From IMG/VR virus record IMGVR_UViG_3300050821_015552, positions 1-64,000 of that record: 64,000 nucleotides of DNA; one strand, 5' to 3'. Shown piece after piece: positions 26,631 through 36,421 of the stretch. Origin of the DNA: a virus. A program made the translations under genes and the position numbers. Below the pieces are notes generated by a model that was not told where the DNA came from, ran no database searches, and was given only the letters and a program-made list of their open reading frames with translations. Numbering within the stretch: the first letter of the stretch is position 1; every line of letters starts with the position of its first letter.

Positions 26631-26884
26631 ACCTCGACGAGATGGCGAAGACCGACGGCCAGGGGCGCGACGTGCTGGAGCGACGCATCGCGGAGCTGGT
26701 CGCCGAATGCCGCGAGCTGCGCGAGAAGAACGCCGCACACGTCGGCGTCTGCCTCATCTTGGCGCGCGACAACCAGCAGATGCTCGACAACCTCACCGCG
26801 ACGCAGACCCGCTGCACCGAGCTGCTCGAGCAGTACCGCACGGCGCTGGCGTGCGGGTACGGCGGCGGACTGGAGAAGAAATGA
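26627..26884 (+). CDS. Coiled-coil hypothetical protein
   Basis: TQTRCTELLEQYR. Confidence 0.65.
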   Translation: MNLDEMAKTDGQGRDVLERRIAELVAECRELREKNAAHVGVCLILARDNQQMLDNLTATQTRCTELLEQYRTALACGYGGGLEKK

Positions 26885-27225
26885 CGACCAGCCTTCACGT
26901 CTGCACCGGCCGGCGTCACTTCGCTGGGCGACGTGTTCCAACTTCGCGTCTCGCGCAGCCCAAGTGCACCACATGCCGCAGGACGCTCGTGTGGAACCTG
27001 ACGCCGTGGAAACGCGTCAAGGGCACGGTGCGCTCGCGAAGCAACCGGATGCGCACCGAGGAGCGAAAGGTCGCCATCCGGTGCGCGTGGTGTCTGCAGC
27101 TACTCTGCCCGAAGTGCGCGAGGCTGCATTTCGCGCCGATCATGAAGGCGCAGATCGCTGTCGACAAGCGGCTGGCCAAGGCGGCGGCGCTGGCGCTCGA
27201 CATCATGCTCGATGGGCACAAGTGA
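26881..27225 (+). CDS. Cys-rich zinc-binding protein
   Basis: CTTC, CAWC, CPKC. Confidence 0.6.
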   Translation: MTTSLHVCTGRRHFAGRRVPTSRLAQPKCTTCRRTLVWNLTPWKRVKGTVRSRSNRMRTEERKVAIRCAWCLQLLCPKCARLHFAPIMKAQIAVDKRLAKAAALALDIMLDGHK

Positions 27226-27527
27226 TGGACCACCTGAGCCAAGACGACGCCCGCCTGCTGCGCGCCACCGTCGCGGCCCTGCGCGATCTCGGAGACCTCG
27301 ACGAGAATCAAGAGCGCCACCTCGCGGCGTTTGACGGCATGCTGGACAAGTACCGACCGCTGACGCCCCGGCAGCGCGACTACGTCAAGGGCGTGGCGCA
27401 GCGGCTGGAGGTCGACGTCGAGGCGCCGCTGCTCGCCAAGGACGTGCCGGTGGGCGAGAAGCTGCGGACGCCTGTGCCGGCCGTCTTGCTGATGCCTTTG
27501 CCGAAACGGCCGCCTGGGAGGAAGTGA
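27225..27527 (+). CDS. Hypothetical protein
   Basis: Coupled ORF. Confidence 0.65.
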   Translation: MDHLSQDDARLLRATVAALRDLGDLDENQERHLAAFDGMLDKYRPLTPRQRDYVKGVAQRLEVDVEAPLLAKDVPVGEKLRTPVPAVLLMPLPKRPPGRK

Positions 27528-27811
27528 TGCGAGGAGACATCGGAAATCCGAACGCGGTCCTGTGCGAACTGCGTCCCGCCGACGACAGCCGCAGGCGCCT
27601 CGTGCTGGAGACGCGCGGCGTCAAGCTCAAGATCGACCTGCGCATGACCGAGGTCTTCAGCCTGATGGACGAGTGCCTCGATGCGCTCGTGCAGCAGGAC
27701 GACGTCGAAGATAAGTGCCCGAGCTGCAACAGCGATCCGCACACCCACGACTGCGTGCTGGTGTGCAGCCTGCAGAATGCGCTGCGGGAGTTGCGTAGGC
27801 GCGGCGCCTGA
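27524..27811 (+). CDS. Hypothetical protein
   Basis: CPSC...HxxxC. Confidence 0.65.
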   Translation: MMRGDIGNPNAVLCELRPADDSRRRLVLETRGVKLKIDLRMTEVFSLMDECLDALVQQDDVEDKCPSCNSDPHTHDCVLVCSLQNALRELRRRGA

Positions 27812-27970
27812 GTCGTTGTAGACTGGCCGCCGTGGACCCCGATCAGACACTGCCGCCAGATGGGCCGCCGACGATTCCGGCGCCGCCGCCGAGCGGCGCG
27901 TACGAGTTCGACTGGGCAGTGCTGGCTGCGCCGCCGTCGTGGGACGGCTTCGCCTCCGAGGAGCTCGACG

Positions 27971-28267
27971 ATGAAACCTAGAGAGCTCGGCGGCGCCGTC
28001 ACACGCGCGAGCGAGGTCCGCGTCTTCGTGGCCTACGCCAGCCACCCGGAGGGCGGCATGTACCTCTCGATCTCCGGCCCCCAGGCGCGGAGCATCGTCG
28101 AGGACGCCAAGAGCAAGGGTGTCGAGGACATCGACGTCACCATCAACGCGCGTGGCGACGTGTTCATCGGCGACGAGCACATCGTGGAGGAGGACGAGGA
28201 AGCGAACGAGTCGCACCCGGTCTGTTCGGAATGCGGCGAAGCGTGGGAAGACGGGCACGCTTGCTGA
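27971..28267 (+). CDS. Acidic hypothetical protein
   Basis: SD GAGGAG; C-terminal CSEC...HAC. Confidence 0.65.
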   Translation: MKPRELGGAVTRASEVRVFVAYASHPEGGMYLSISGPQARSIVEDAKSKGVEDIDVTINARGDVFIGDEHIVEEDEEANESHPVCSECGEAWEDGHAC

Positions 28268-28548
28268 TGCTCGCCGCGATCGACATCGCCTTACTCGCAT
28301 CGGAATGGGCCCACGGAAGCCGGTGGCCCGCATGTCCCGTGTGTGAGGGTCCGCAGCCCGGCGGCGGTCACGAGAAGTACCTGGCGAAAGGACACGAGGA
28401 CTACAAGGGCGGCCATCAAGTCGGCTGCGCCATGGACCAGGCCCTGTCCGAGCGCGGCTGGTCGACCGCGCAAGAGCGTGACGCCGCCCGCAAGCGGCTG
28501 CACGAGGCCACGAGCGCGACGGAGCCGCCGCCTGTGGGGGCGACGTGA
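28267..28548 (+). CDS. Hypothetical protein (CPVC...HxxxC)
   Basis: TGATG coupling. Confidence 0.65.
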   Translation: MLAAIDIALLASEWAHGSRWPACPVCEGPQPGGGHEKYLAKGHEDYKGGHQVGCAMDQALSERGWSTAQERDAARKRLHEATSATEPPPVGAT

Positions 28549-28654
28549 AGGGTCGCTATCTGTTCCTGCTCGCGAAGGTCAGGGTTCGGCGAGGTCGACT
28601 GCTGCGTCTCAAGCAGCATCTCGTGATCGGCATGACGGCGGGGCGGAGGCGCTC

Positions 28655-29101
28655 GTGAGCTGCGTCCAAGAGTCGGTACCTCTCGGGTGGCGCGTGTGGA
28701 GGCAAGCCGCCGTTCCCGATCCGCTCGCGCAGTTCGCCATCGACGTACGCGACCACGTCCGCAGCTACCCGTACGGCAGCATCGCGAAGACCATCGTCTA
28801 CAACGGGCAGACGGTCGGCGCGTTCGTGAGCCATCACTCATGGACCTACCGCAATGGCGTCCTCGTGACGGGCATCTGCATTCCGGGCGTGTCGCTGGTT
28901 ACGCAGGCCACGCAGGGCGTCGGCGCCACCGAGGCCGACAACCTCGACACGCCCGACCCCACGGCCGCCGTCTACTCGCTCGACGAGCCTCCGCCGGGCA
29001 TCAGCTGGCCGATCGTCGCCTTCACGGGCGCCGCCATGCTGCTGGTCGTCGGCGGCTTCTGGGCAGCCATCCAGCTCGCCGGCCGACCGCGCCTACCCTA
29101 G
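28655..29101 (+). CDS. Protein with C-terminal transmembrane helix
   Basis: SD GGAGG; WPIVAFTGAAMLLVVGGFWAAI. Confidence 0.7.
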   Translation: MSCVQESVPLGWRVWRQAAVPDPLAQFAIDVRDHVRSYPYGSIAKTIVYNGQTVGAFVSHHSWTYRNGVLVTGICIPGVSLVTQATQGVGATEADNLDTPDPTAAVYSLDEPPPGISWPIVAFTGAAMLLVVGGFWAAIQLAGRPRLP

Positions 29102-29574
29102 TGATGCAAGAGCCGCCAGAGCTCCGCGGCTCCCGCGGCCAGAGCCGCGATGACGGCCCATTCGAGCGCCTTGGCAGCCGCCTTGCGCGCCGCCCACGAG
29201 GGGAATGCCTTGATCTTGCGCCAGGTGCCCACCTCGGCCCGGAGACGCATTTCTTCGGTCACGCGCTCCACCGCGGTACGCAGGTCGTTGGGGCCGAACG
29301 GGCTGGAGGGGTCTGACGCGAGCGCCTTGAGCTGGGCGTACGTTTCGCGCAGATCGTGCGAGCCAGTGTCGTCGGTCCGGTGCGGAAAGCCGCCCTCGAT
29401 GAGCACTCGCCGCAGCTCGTCGTCGGCCTTGCGCAGGCCCGAGACCTCGGCGGCGAGCTTGCCGATGGACTGCATGATCGCGCCGATGTCGTTGGCGCGC
29501 TCGACGCGCACGGCGCGAAACTCGTTCTCGACGTCTTCGAACGACTCGAGATGCCCGCTTCCGCTGTTCATCAC
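29098..29574 (-). CDS. Coiled-coil protein with C-terminal TM helix (possibly holin-like)
   Basis: Helical N-terminus, hydrophobic C-terminus. Confidence 0.6.
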   Translation of the reverse strand: MMNSGSGHLESFEDVENEFRAVRVERANDIGAIMQSIGKLAAEVSGLRKADDELRRVLIEGGFPHRTDDTGSHDLRETYAQLKALASDPSSPFGPNDLRTAVERVTEEMRLRAEVGTWRKIKAFPSWAARKAAAKALEWAVIAALAAGAAELWRLLHH

Positions 29575-29813
29575 GACGCCAGGAGATTCTTCGAGGAGGC
29601 GTAGGAGGCGATGCCAGCTCCGGCCGCTGCACCGCCGACGCTGGTTGCAAGCACAATGTTGGCGCGCGTTTCAGCGCTGGCCATGCCGCGCGTCGCCAGC
29701 CGCCCTCCAACGAGACCCACGAGCAGACCCCCGACCGCTCCTGCCGCCGTCGTCCATGCGCTACCTGCTCGAGTCATGGGGATCATCTTGCCATGGGTTC
29801 GGCTGGGGACCAA
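29571..29813 (-). CDS. Small two-TM glycine-zipper membrane protein
   Basis: AAGAVGGLLVGLVGG; start may be later. Confidence 0.55.
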   Translation of the reverse strand: MVPSRTHGKMIPMTRAGSAWTTAAGAVGGLLVGLVGGRLATRGMASAETRANIVLATSVGGAAAGAGIASYASSKNLLAS

Positions 29814-29833
29814 AAGCGCGGTAGGCTCGGGTC

Positions 29834-30376
29834 GTGATCCGCTACTACCCGATCGCGGGAGCGCCGCGGAACATCTGCGCCGGCTACGGCAATCGCACGA
29901 CCAACGGCGTCACCAAGCTCCACGACGCCTGCGATCTCTGCGCTCCGACAGGGACGCCTGTCGTGGCGTGCGACGATGGCACCGTCTCGTACGGCGTCGA
30001 TCCGACGGGCGGCAACGTAGCGATTTTGCACATCGCTGACGGGACCGCTTACTTCCACGCCCACCTGCTCGACGTGCAGACTGGGCAGCGCAAGGTCTCC
30101 GCGGGTCAGCAGATCGCTCGGGTGGACACCACGGGCAATGCGGCGCTCGTCGGCATCCCACATTGCCACTGGCAGATCTGGCCGGGCGGCACTTTCCAGC
30201 CGGGCACCGTTCACCCCGATCCGACGGCGGCACTACTGGCCGCCGAGGTGCTCTCGGCTCCGCTCAGCGGCGGCATCGGCGTCGCGTCCAAGGCGCTGCT
30301 CTACGCCCTCGGCTTCGCGACAGCGGTAGGACTCACGTACGGGGCGCTGTATGCTTGGGATCGGCGACAAGCATGA
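29834..30376 (+). CDS. M23 family peptidase with C-terminal TM anchor
   Basis: HDACD (HxxxD), GTPVVA, YFHAHL, TGN...PHCHW (HxH). Confidence 0.85.
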   Translation: MIRYYPIAGAPRNICAGYGNRTTNGVTKLHDACDLCAPTGTPVVACDDGTVSYGVDPTGGNVAILHIADGTAYFHAHLLDVQTGQRKVSAGQQIARVDTTGNAALVGIPHCHWQIWPGGTFQPGTVHPDPTAALLAAEVLSAPLSGGIGVASKALLYALGFATAVGLTYGALYAWDRRQA

Positions 30377-31095
30377 AGACCCGCTTCATCATCTACTGCC
30401 ACACCTGTCGCGTGAACGGGAAGCAGTACATCGGTCAGACGCGACAGACGATGGAGAAGCGTTGGAGCGACCATGTGAAGCTGGCCAAGCGGAGCGTTCG
30501 TGTCGGCTGCCGGGCCCTTGCCTCCGCGATCATGAAGTACGGCGCCGACGCGTTCGACCACGAGATTCTCGATGTCGTGACCTCGCAAGAGGGCGCGAAC
30601 ATCGCAGAGCGGGTATGGATCGAGAAGCGCAGAACGACGTGTCCGAACGGGTACAACATCGCGCCCGTGGGGAACGCGGCGCCGCTGCATCCCGAAACGA
30701 TCCGTCGAGCGAGTGAGGCTCAGAAGAGGCGCTGGGCGAACGCGTCGGAAGAGCAGCGGGCGCCGATGCTGGAGAATCTCCGACGGGGACGCGAAGGCCT
30801 ATCGTTCGAGCAGTTGAGCGATCGCAGTCTGCGCGCACATGCAGCCCAGACGCCGGAGCAGCGCAGCCAGCGGCAGAAGAAGGCCTGGGCCTCGGTACCT
30901 GCCGCACGAAGACTCGAAATCGTTGCGCAGTTACTCAAGAACAAGGCCTCGGATCCGGAGATGTCTCGGAAAATCTCTGACGGCAAGAAGCGCGACTGGG
31001 CGCGCCTGACCCCAGAGCAGAAGGCGGAGCGTGTGCGGCGCATTGCCGAAGCATCTTGGAGCCCCGAAGCTCGACGCAAGCGGGGGCTCTCGTGA
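30373..31095 (+). CDS. GIY-YIG homing endonuclease
   Basis: IIYCHT...KQYIGQT...RW, E, PNGYN; TPEQ repeats. Confidence 0.88.
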   Translation: MKTRFIIYCHTCRVNGKQYIGQTRQTMEKRWSDHVKLAKRSVRVGCRALASAIMKYGADAFDHEILDVVTSQEGANIAERVWIEKRRTTCPNGYNIAPVGNAAPLHPETIRRASEAQKRRWANASEEQRAPMLENLRRGREGLSFEQLSDRSLRAHAAQTPEQRSQRQKKAWASVPAARRLEIVAQLLKNKASDPEMSRKISDGKKRDWARLTPEQKAERVRRIAEASWSPEARRKRGLS

Positions 31096-31793
31096 GCCTC
31101 GACTTCCCCGCCACCGCCAACGCTCTCTGGTCCGGCTTCACGGCCGGCAAGCTGCCACGCCCCGAGTACATCCTGCCGGTCTTCTTCTCGGAGAGCGGTT
31201 TCTCGACGAGCGTGACCAACAGCATAGGTTGCATCGGATTGAATCAGTTGTGCCCCTTCGCGTGGCCCATCCCCGCTGGCTACGCGTCGTGGTCCGCATC
31301 GCAACAGATCGCGGGGCCCATCACCTCGATGTTCGCGCAGCTCATCGCGCGCTACGGCCCCATCAACTCGGGCACGCGCGCTTACCTCGCCAACTTCCTG
31401 CCGGCCGATCTCGCGACGGCCAAGGATCTGTCGAGCGTGCTGGCGACCCGTGGTGGAGCCGTCTACTCGGCCAACTCGGGTCTCGACTACCAGAGCAAGG
31501 GGACCATCACCGTCGGCGACCTGGCGCACTTCATCGCGAAGGCTGCCGGCAACGCTGCGGTGAAGTCGGCCATCCAGCAGACCTACGCGCTCGCGCCCTC
31601 GGGCGTGGGGCCGCAGCAGGACCCCGTCTACGGTACCGACTTCTCGTCCTCGTCGCCGATCTCCTCCATCCCAGTAGCCGACATCGCCCTCGCCGCCGCC
31701 GCCGCCCTGTCGCTCGCGGGCTTAGGGTACCTGGCGTGGAAAGAGTACAAGCAGCCGGGCTACCTGCTGCCTTTCCGAGCGGCTACGGCCTAG
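31092..31793 (+). CDS. Lytic transglycosylase (SLT-like) with C-terminal TM anchor
   Basis: SESG, GLNQ, YLANFLPA, NSGLD...GTIT. Confidence 0.75.
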   Translation: MSLDFPATANALWSGFTAGKLPRPEYILPVFFSESGFSTSVTNSIGCIGLNQLCPFAWPIPAGYASWSASQQIAGPITSMFAQLIARYGPINSGTRAYLANFLPADLATAKDLSSVLATRGGAVYSANSGLDYQSKGTITVGDLAHFIAKAAGNAAVKSAIQQTYALAPSGVGPQQDPVYGTDFSSSSPISSIPVADIALAAAAALSLAGLGYLAWKEYKQPGYLLPFRAATA

Positions 31794-31845
31794 TTTTCGC
31801 GCGCTGCCCGTTCCGGGGTAAGCTCGCACGCGTGGAGGCTGCTTC

Positions 31846-32358
31846 ATGCCGGATGGCTCGGGTACAGGGGCTGCGCAGGACGCCACCCTGCAGGCCATCA
31901 TCGCAGCGCTCGGGGGACCGATAGTCGGCATGCCCAACGGTAGCGGCACTGGCCAAGCGCAGGACGCGTCGCTGCAGCAGATCCTGGCGCTGCTGGGCGG
32001 TGGAGGCTTGGTCCCGGGCAACTACAGCTCCATCGAGGTGCCCATTGGCCTGGTCACCGCGTCGTCCACGAACAAGATCCCCAAGAACGCCATCATCAAC
32101 GCCGTCTTCTTCGACAACTCGCGCGCCGGGGACGCCGCGTACTCGCCGGGCACGACGATTCAGGTCGGCATCGCGGGCAACGTCGCGCTCTTCATGAACG
32201 CAGGGCAGTCGATCCCAAACGTCCAGAGCCTCTACAGCTTCTTCGGCCTCGACATCAGCGTGGGTGCTGCGGCGGCGCCGCTGCTGGTGACCGTGGGTGG
32301 CTCTCCCGCAGTGGGCAGCGGAGTGGTCGTGGTTTATTTCTCGGTGCCTCTGACGTAG
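31846..32358 (+). CDS. Putative structural beta-rich protein with N-terminal repeat
   Basis: MP(D/N)GSGTG.AQDA.LQ occurs twice; promoter TTCGCG-17-TAAGCT and SD. Confidence 0.7.
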   Translation: MPDGSGTGAAQDATLQAIIAALGGPIVGMPNGSGTGQAQDASLQQILALLGGGGLVPGNYSSIEVPIGLVTASSTNKIPKNAIINAVFFDNSRAGDAAYSPGTTIQVGIAGNVALFMNAGQSIPNVQSLYSFFGLDISVGAAAAPLLVTVGGSPAVGSGVVVVYFSVPLT

Positions 32359-32370
32359 CAGGAGATCGAC

Positions 32371-32751
32371 ATGAGCGACGACTTCGCATGGTGGAGAGAT
32401 CGCGATTGGATCCTGCTGCTCATCCGGCAGCTCCAGCAGGGGCTGGCGATCATCATCAACAACGGCGGCGTACCGAAGACCGCCGCCGTCATCGGATCCG
32501 GAATCGCCTACACCGTCAAGCCCACCGACGCCGTGATCGCCTTCGACTCGTCGATCGGATCGCAGGCGCAGCCGGTCGCGACGCTCAACGCAGGCACGTA
32601 CATCGGCGAAGCGCACTCCTTCGTCTGGTACGGATGGGGAGGCAACCAGACGCCGCCGCTCATCCAGGGCGCGGCGGCGGGCGTGCTGATGATGCCGTAC
32701 GCGGGCATGCAGACCGAGGGGATCGGGGGCCTTTCGCGCCCTTGTCGATAG
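32371..32751 (+). CDS. Putative structural/fibre-associated protein
   Basis: SD AGGAG; stop codon lies inside the left 12-bp inverted repeat. Confidence 0.7.
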   Translation: MSDDFAWWRDRDWILLLIRQLQQGLAIIINNGGVPKTAAVIGSGIAYTVKPTDAVIAFDSSIGSQAQPVATLNAGTYIGEAHSFVWYGWGGNQTPPLIQGAAAGVLMMPYAGMQTEGIGGLSRPCR

Positions 32752-35241
32752 TGAACGGAGAACGAGAATGAAGACCATCCGCTACGTTGCCCTCGTACTC
32801 TTCGCGCTCGTGGCGTGCTCGCATTCGGGTACCCCGTCTCCGCCCCAGGCCGCAGTCGATGCTGCCGTCGCGCAGATGCCGACCCGTCTCGCTTTTGACG
32901 AGCCAGATGCGGGGATCGTTCGGCCGCAGGCTCAGCCGATCAAGCCGGTTGCGCCGAAGAAGGTAGACACGCGCACCGCGGCGCAAAGGCTCGCCGACGC
33001 CAAGCGTGATGCGATGTCTGCGTGCCGAGGCAGCGACGGCAAGTGGTACTGCGGAGACCTGAGCAACAAGAACGGGCAGGTCCCAGCGCCGCTCATGGCG
33101 TCCGGGAATGCGACTGCCGCTCAATGCGGCCCCGCTTGCACCGTTCCGACTTGGTACATCGACGTCAGCAACACGTCGGGATGTGCGTCAGATTCGAACT
33201 CCTGTACGAGTGCCGGATGCAGCGGTGCAGGCATCGGTCCATGCCTGTCGCTCAACCAAGTCGTCGCGCGCACCGGATCGTCCACGCCGATCTATCCACG
33301 CGGACAGAGCGTCACGATCAACTTTGTCTCCGCGCCCGCGGCCAACTACGGCCCGTACTACTTCGCTCCGCAGCTCTCTGGCGGTGGCACGCTGTCATTC
33401 GTAAGCGGCGTATCGACGTCCGAGTATTACGGCCTCGCGCAGGTCGACGGCGTCAACGTGGTCTCCGCGTTCGGCGTCGACAACACGGGCGCCACGGACG
33501 TCTGCGTCACGACCCTTCCCAATGCGTTCAATACGCTCGCCGCGAACGGTCAAGCCGCATGGATCCCGGGCGGGACCTACAAGTGCTCGACGCAGATCGA
33601 GCTTCCCAGTCTGACCATCAATCAGTCACCAGACGCGACGTTCATCGGCGGCCTCGATGGTCCGTCGACCATCATTCCCGGCACGCTCTTCTACGCTCCG
33701 TTGCCGGGGACCACGAGCACGACGACACTCAATGGGAATCCCACCGTCAGTCCGTACTCCAACACCATCGTCACGACCGTGGCGTTGACAGCGGGCACGT
33801 ACATCCAGATCGTGAGCGTGGCAGCCCCGACGCTCGCCGCGGTCTATCACGTCGAGTCGACCAGCACGTTCACGGCGACGCTCGATCACGCAATGCTCTA
33901 CCCGTTCGTGTCGGGTGACACGGTGAACACACTATCCGGACCTCCTGTGAGCGTCACATGGCGGGGAAACGGTGGCCAGATCACGGGCAAGGCGGTCGGG
34001 TTCATCGGTGGCGCGTTCTGGAACTCGAACATCAGCGGCCTGAAGTTTAGCGGGATCAACGGCACGCACGCCGACTACCTGACGCTCTTGTCTTACGGCT
34101 CGTACAACTCCACGATGCGCGACCTGTCAGCCGACGTGACAGGCGTACGCACCGGGTTCAACGCGGGCTTCGTCGATGCTGGGCAGAGCGATCTGCTCGA
34201 CAACGACTCGATCGTCGGTCCTACGTCCGTCACCGCGTCGGGGATCAAGATCGTCGATGCTCGCGCCGGCACGGCGCAGAATTGCCAGAGTCAAGGTCTG
34301 GAGTGGGGCCTCATCCTCGCGAGCGATGCCACGATCACTCCAGGCGTCGAGTGGTACCACGTTCACGGCGGCAACTTCCTGTACGGCTCGCAGTACGGCC
34401 TGTACGTCGGAGCGGGCAGCGCGAACAACGGATTCTCTGGCTCTATCGTGGCAACAGGGACGCAAGGTGGTGCTCGGCTTGATGGCACCGGCAGCGGCTC
34501 GATGGTGTCGAACACCTTCGAGCGTCTCGACGTCAGCGGGACGGCTGGCGATGGTCTGACGATCAGCGCGGGCACCAAGGGCACACGGATCGACACGCTC
34601 ATCACGGACAATCCGGCTGGTGTCTGCGTACAGGCGCACGATGAGCTATGGGTCGGCTACCACCACGCGTTCACGGCGGTGACGGCTTCATCGCCGAACA
34701 TCCTCAACATCGACACGTCGGGCATTGACGTCCACATCGGAGCACTCGACTGGAACTGCAGCTCCGCGAGCGGCGCCTTCACTAGCCAGGTCAACGCGGC
34801 TTCCCGCGCGACCTTCGGCAAAGGGCAGATCGTGCTGTCCACCAACAGCATCGGTCCTGCTGCGCAGCACTCCGGCTCGGTCGTCGTAGCGGACGAACTG
34901 CAAGTCGTACCGGCTGGCGGCGCTACGGGAACGATCGGCTTCTACGCACCGTCCGGCACACTGCGACTCGGTCTCGGTACGGATTCGAGCACGTGCGCGA
35001 CACCGATCGATGTGACGAGCGGCTTCTCGAACCGTGGACAGACGGCGGCGGGGACTGCTGGCGGCGCAGCCATCGCGTGGCCGGATCTCAAGTCGACAGA
35101 CGTCATCATCCTTACGCCTACGGCCGCGACGTTCACCGGCTGGATCAGCGCGACGTCGCCCGGGACGGGCTTCACGCTGAAGGACTCCGCGGGCGGGACG
35201 TACGGCTACTACATCCCCTGACGAATTAGCTATCGACAAGG
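32740..35241. repeat. 12-bp inverted repeats flanking the spike gene
   Basis: ccttgtcgatag (32740-32751) and ctatcgacaagg (35230-35241) are exact reverse complements. Confidence 0.7.
32768..35221 (+). CDS. Beta-helix (pectin-lyase-like) spike/depolymerase with lipoprotein signal peptide
   Basis: MKTIRYVALVLFALVAC lipobox; FGVDNTGATD...WIPGGTY cap motif; G/S/T-rich beta repeats. Confidence 0.75.
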   Translation: MKTIRYVALVLFALVACSHSGTPSPPQAAVDAAVAQMPTRLAFDEPDAGIVRPQAQPIKPVAPKKVDTRTAAQRLADAKRDAMSACRGSDGKWYCGDLSNKNGQVPAPLMASGNATAAQCGPACTVPTWYIDVSNTSGCASDSNSCTSAGCSGAGIGPCLSLNQVVARTGSSTPIYPRGQSVTINFVSAPAANYGPYYFAPQLSGGGTLSFVSGVSTSEYYGLAQVDGVNVVSAFGVDNTGATDVCVTTLPNAFNTLAANGQAAWIPGGTYKCSTQIELPSLTINQSPDATFIGGLDGPSTIIPGTLFYAPLPGTTSTTTLNGNPTVSPYSNTIVTTVALTAGTYIQIVSVAAPTLAAVYHVESTSTFTATLDHAMLYPFVSGDTVNTLSGPPVSVTWRGNGGQITGKAVGFIGGAFWNSNISGLKFSGINGTHADYLTLLSYGSYNSTMRDLSADVTGVRTGFNAGFVDAGQSDLLDNDSIVGPTSVTASGIKIVDARAGTAQNCQSQGLEWGLILASDATITPGVEWYHVHGGNFLYGSQYGLYVGAGSANNGFSGSIVATGTQGGARLDGTGSGSMVSNTFERLDVSGTAGDGLTISAGTKGTRIDTLITDNPAGVCVQAHDELWVGYHHAFTAVTASSPNILNIDTSGIDVHIGALDWNCSSASGAFTSQVNAASRATFGKGQIVLSTNSIGPAAQHSGSVVVADELQVVPAGGATGTIGFYAPSGTLRLGLGTDSSTCATPIDVTSGFSNRGQTAAGTAGGAAIAWPDLKSTDVIILTPTAATFTGWISATSPGTGFTLKDSAGGTYGYYIP

Positions 35242-35268
35242 CACACGGAATCGGCTAGCTTCGGGTTC

Positions 35269-36300
35269 GTGGCCAAGCCTACCGCTGCGCTCGCGCGGCT
35301 CGCGGAGCTCTCTGTCGAGGTCGACATCACCGAAGGGGTACGCAGGGCCGTATCCTACGCGCAGGACGTCATCTCGGAGCGAACCCGCAAGGGCTACGCG
35401 AACGAGTTCGCGCGCTTCGCAGCCTGGGCGGACGAGCAGAAGCTGCCCTCACTCCCGACCTCGCCCGAGATCGTGGCGGTCTACTTGGCCGCGCTGGCGG
35501 ACGGTAAGGTCCGCATGCGCTGGGTTGGGCGCGGATCCATAGAGCGCGAAACGCAGACCAAGAAGACGCCCGCGACGATCGAACGGGCCTTCATAGGGAT
35601 CATCCATGCGCAGCGCGAGGCGGGTCACGAGTGGCCGCGCGCTCATCCACTTCTGGCGCGAGTGATGCGCGGCATCCGGCGCAAGCTCGGGACCAAACAG
35701 AAGCGCGTTGCAGCTATCGGCCTGGCGGACCTGCGCGCACTGATCGAGCAGTGCCCCAAGACGCTCGCCGGGGCACGCGATCGGGCGATGCTATCGATCG
35801 GCTTCTTCGCGGCGTTGAGGCGCTCGGAACTGGTCGCGCTCGACGCGGCCGACATCAAGGCGACCCCCAAGGGACTCCTCGTGACCATCCGCAAGGCGAA
35901 GGAAGATCAGACGGCCAACGGTCGAACCGTTGCGCTCCCGCGAACGGAGGACGAGAGCATCTGCCCCGTGCGCCTCCTGCGGGCATGGCTCAAGGCGAGC
36001 AAGATCGAGTTGGGACCGCTATTCCGTCGCATCGACCGTGGAGGCAACCTGGGAAGCAGCGCGCTTTCGTCGCAGGTCGTAGGCATGATCATCAAGCAGC
36101 TCGCAGATGCTGCGGGCCTTGACGCCTCGAAGTTCTCGGGGCACTCGCTGCGCGCGGGCTTCGTCACCAGCGCCGCGCAGGCTGGCAAGTCATTCATGAG
36201 CATCATGAACCAGACTGGGCATCGAGACATTCGTACTGCGATGACGTACATCCGGCCCGCGACGGTCTGGGACGACAACGCCGCCGACGGTCTCGCCTGA
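35269..36300 (+). CDS. Tyrosine recombinase (Cre-like), paralog of 8733..9770
   Basis: ALRRSE, AKED, HSLRAG, QTGH, TYIR. Confidence 0.93.
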   Translation: MAKPTAALARLAELSVEVDITEGVRRAVSYAQDVISERTRKGYANEFARFAAWADEQKLPSLPTSPEIVAVYLAALADGKVRMRWVGRGSIERETQTKKTPATIERAFIGIIHAQREAGHEWPRAHPLLARVMRGIRRKLGTKQKRVAAIGLADLRALIEQCPKTLAGARDRAMLSIGFFAALRRSELVALDAADIKATPKGLLVTIRKAKEDQTANGRTVALPRTEDESICPVRLLRAWLKASKIELGPLFRRIDRGGNLGSSALSSQVVGMIIKQLADAAGLDASKFSGHSLRAGFVTSAAQAGKSFMSIMNQTGHRDIRTAMTYIRPATVWDDNAADGLA

Positions 36301-36306
36301 TCGGTT

Positions 36307-36360
36307 CCCGGCGGCGCCCGACCCGGACCGAATGCCCGAGCCGGGACGCCGCCTACCGGG
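36307..36360 (+). terminator. GC-rich hairpin after the recombinase
   Basis: ggcggcg/cgccgcc and cccgg/ccggg stems; no U-tract. Confidence 0.35.
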
Positions 36361-36421
36361 CCCAATCAACCTTGCCGGCCGCCGAAGAGACTACACCGCC
36401 GTCCTGCGGTAGTCTGCGGCC

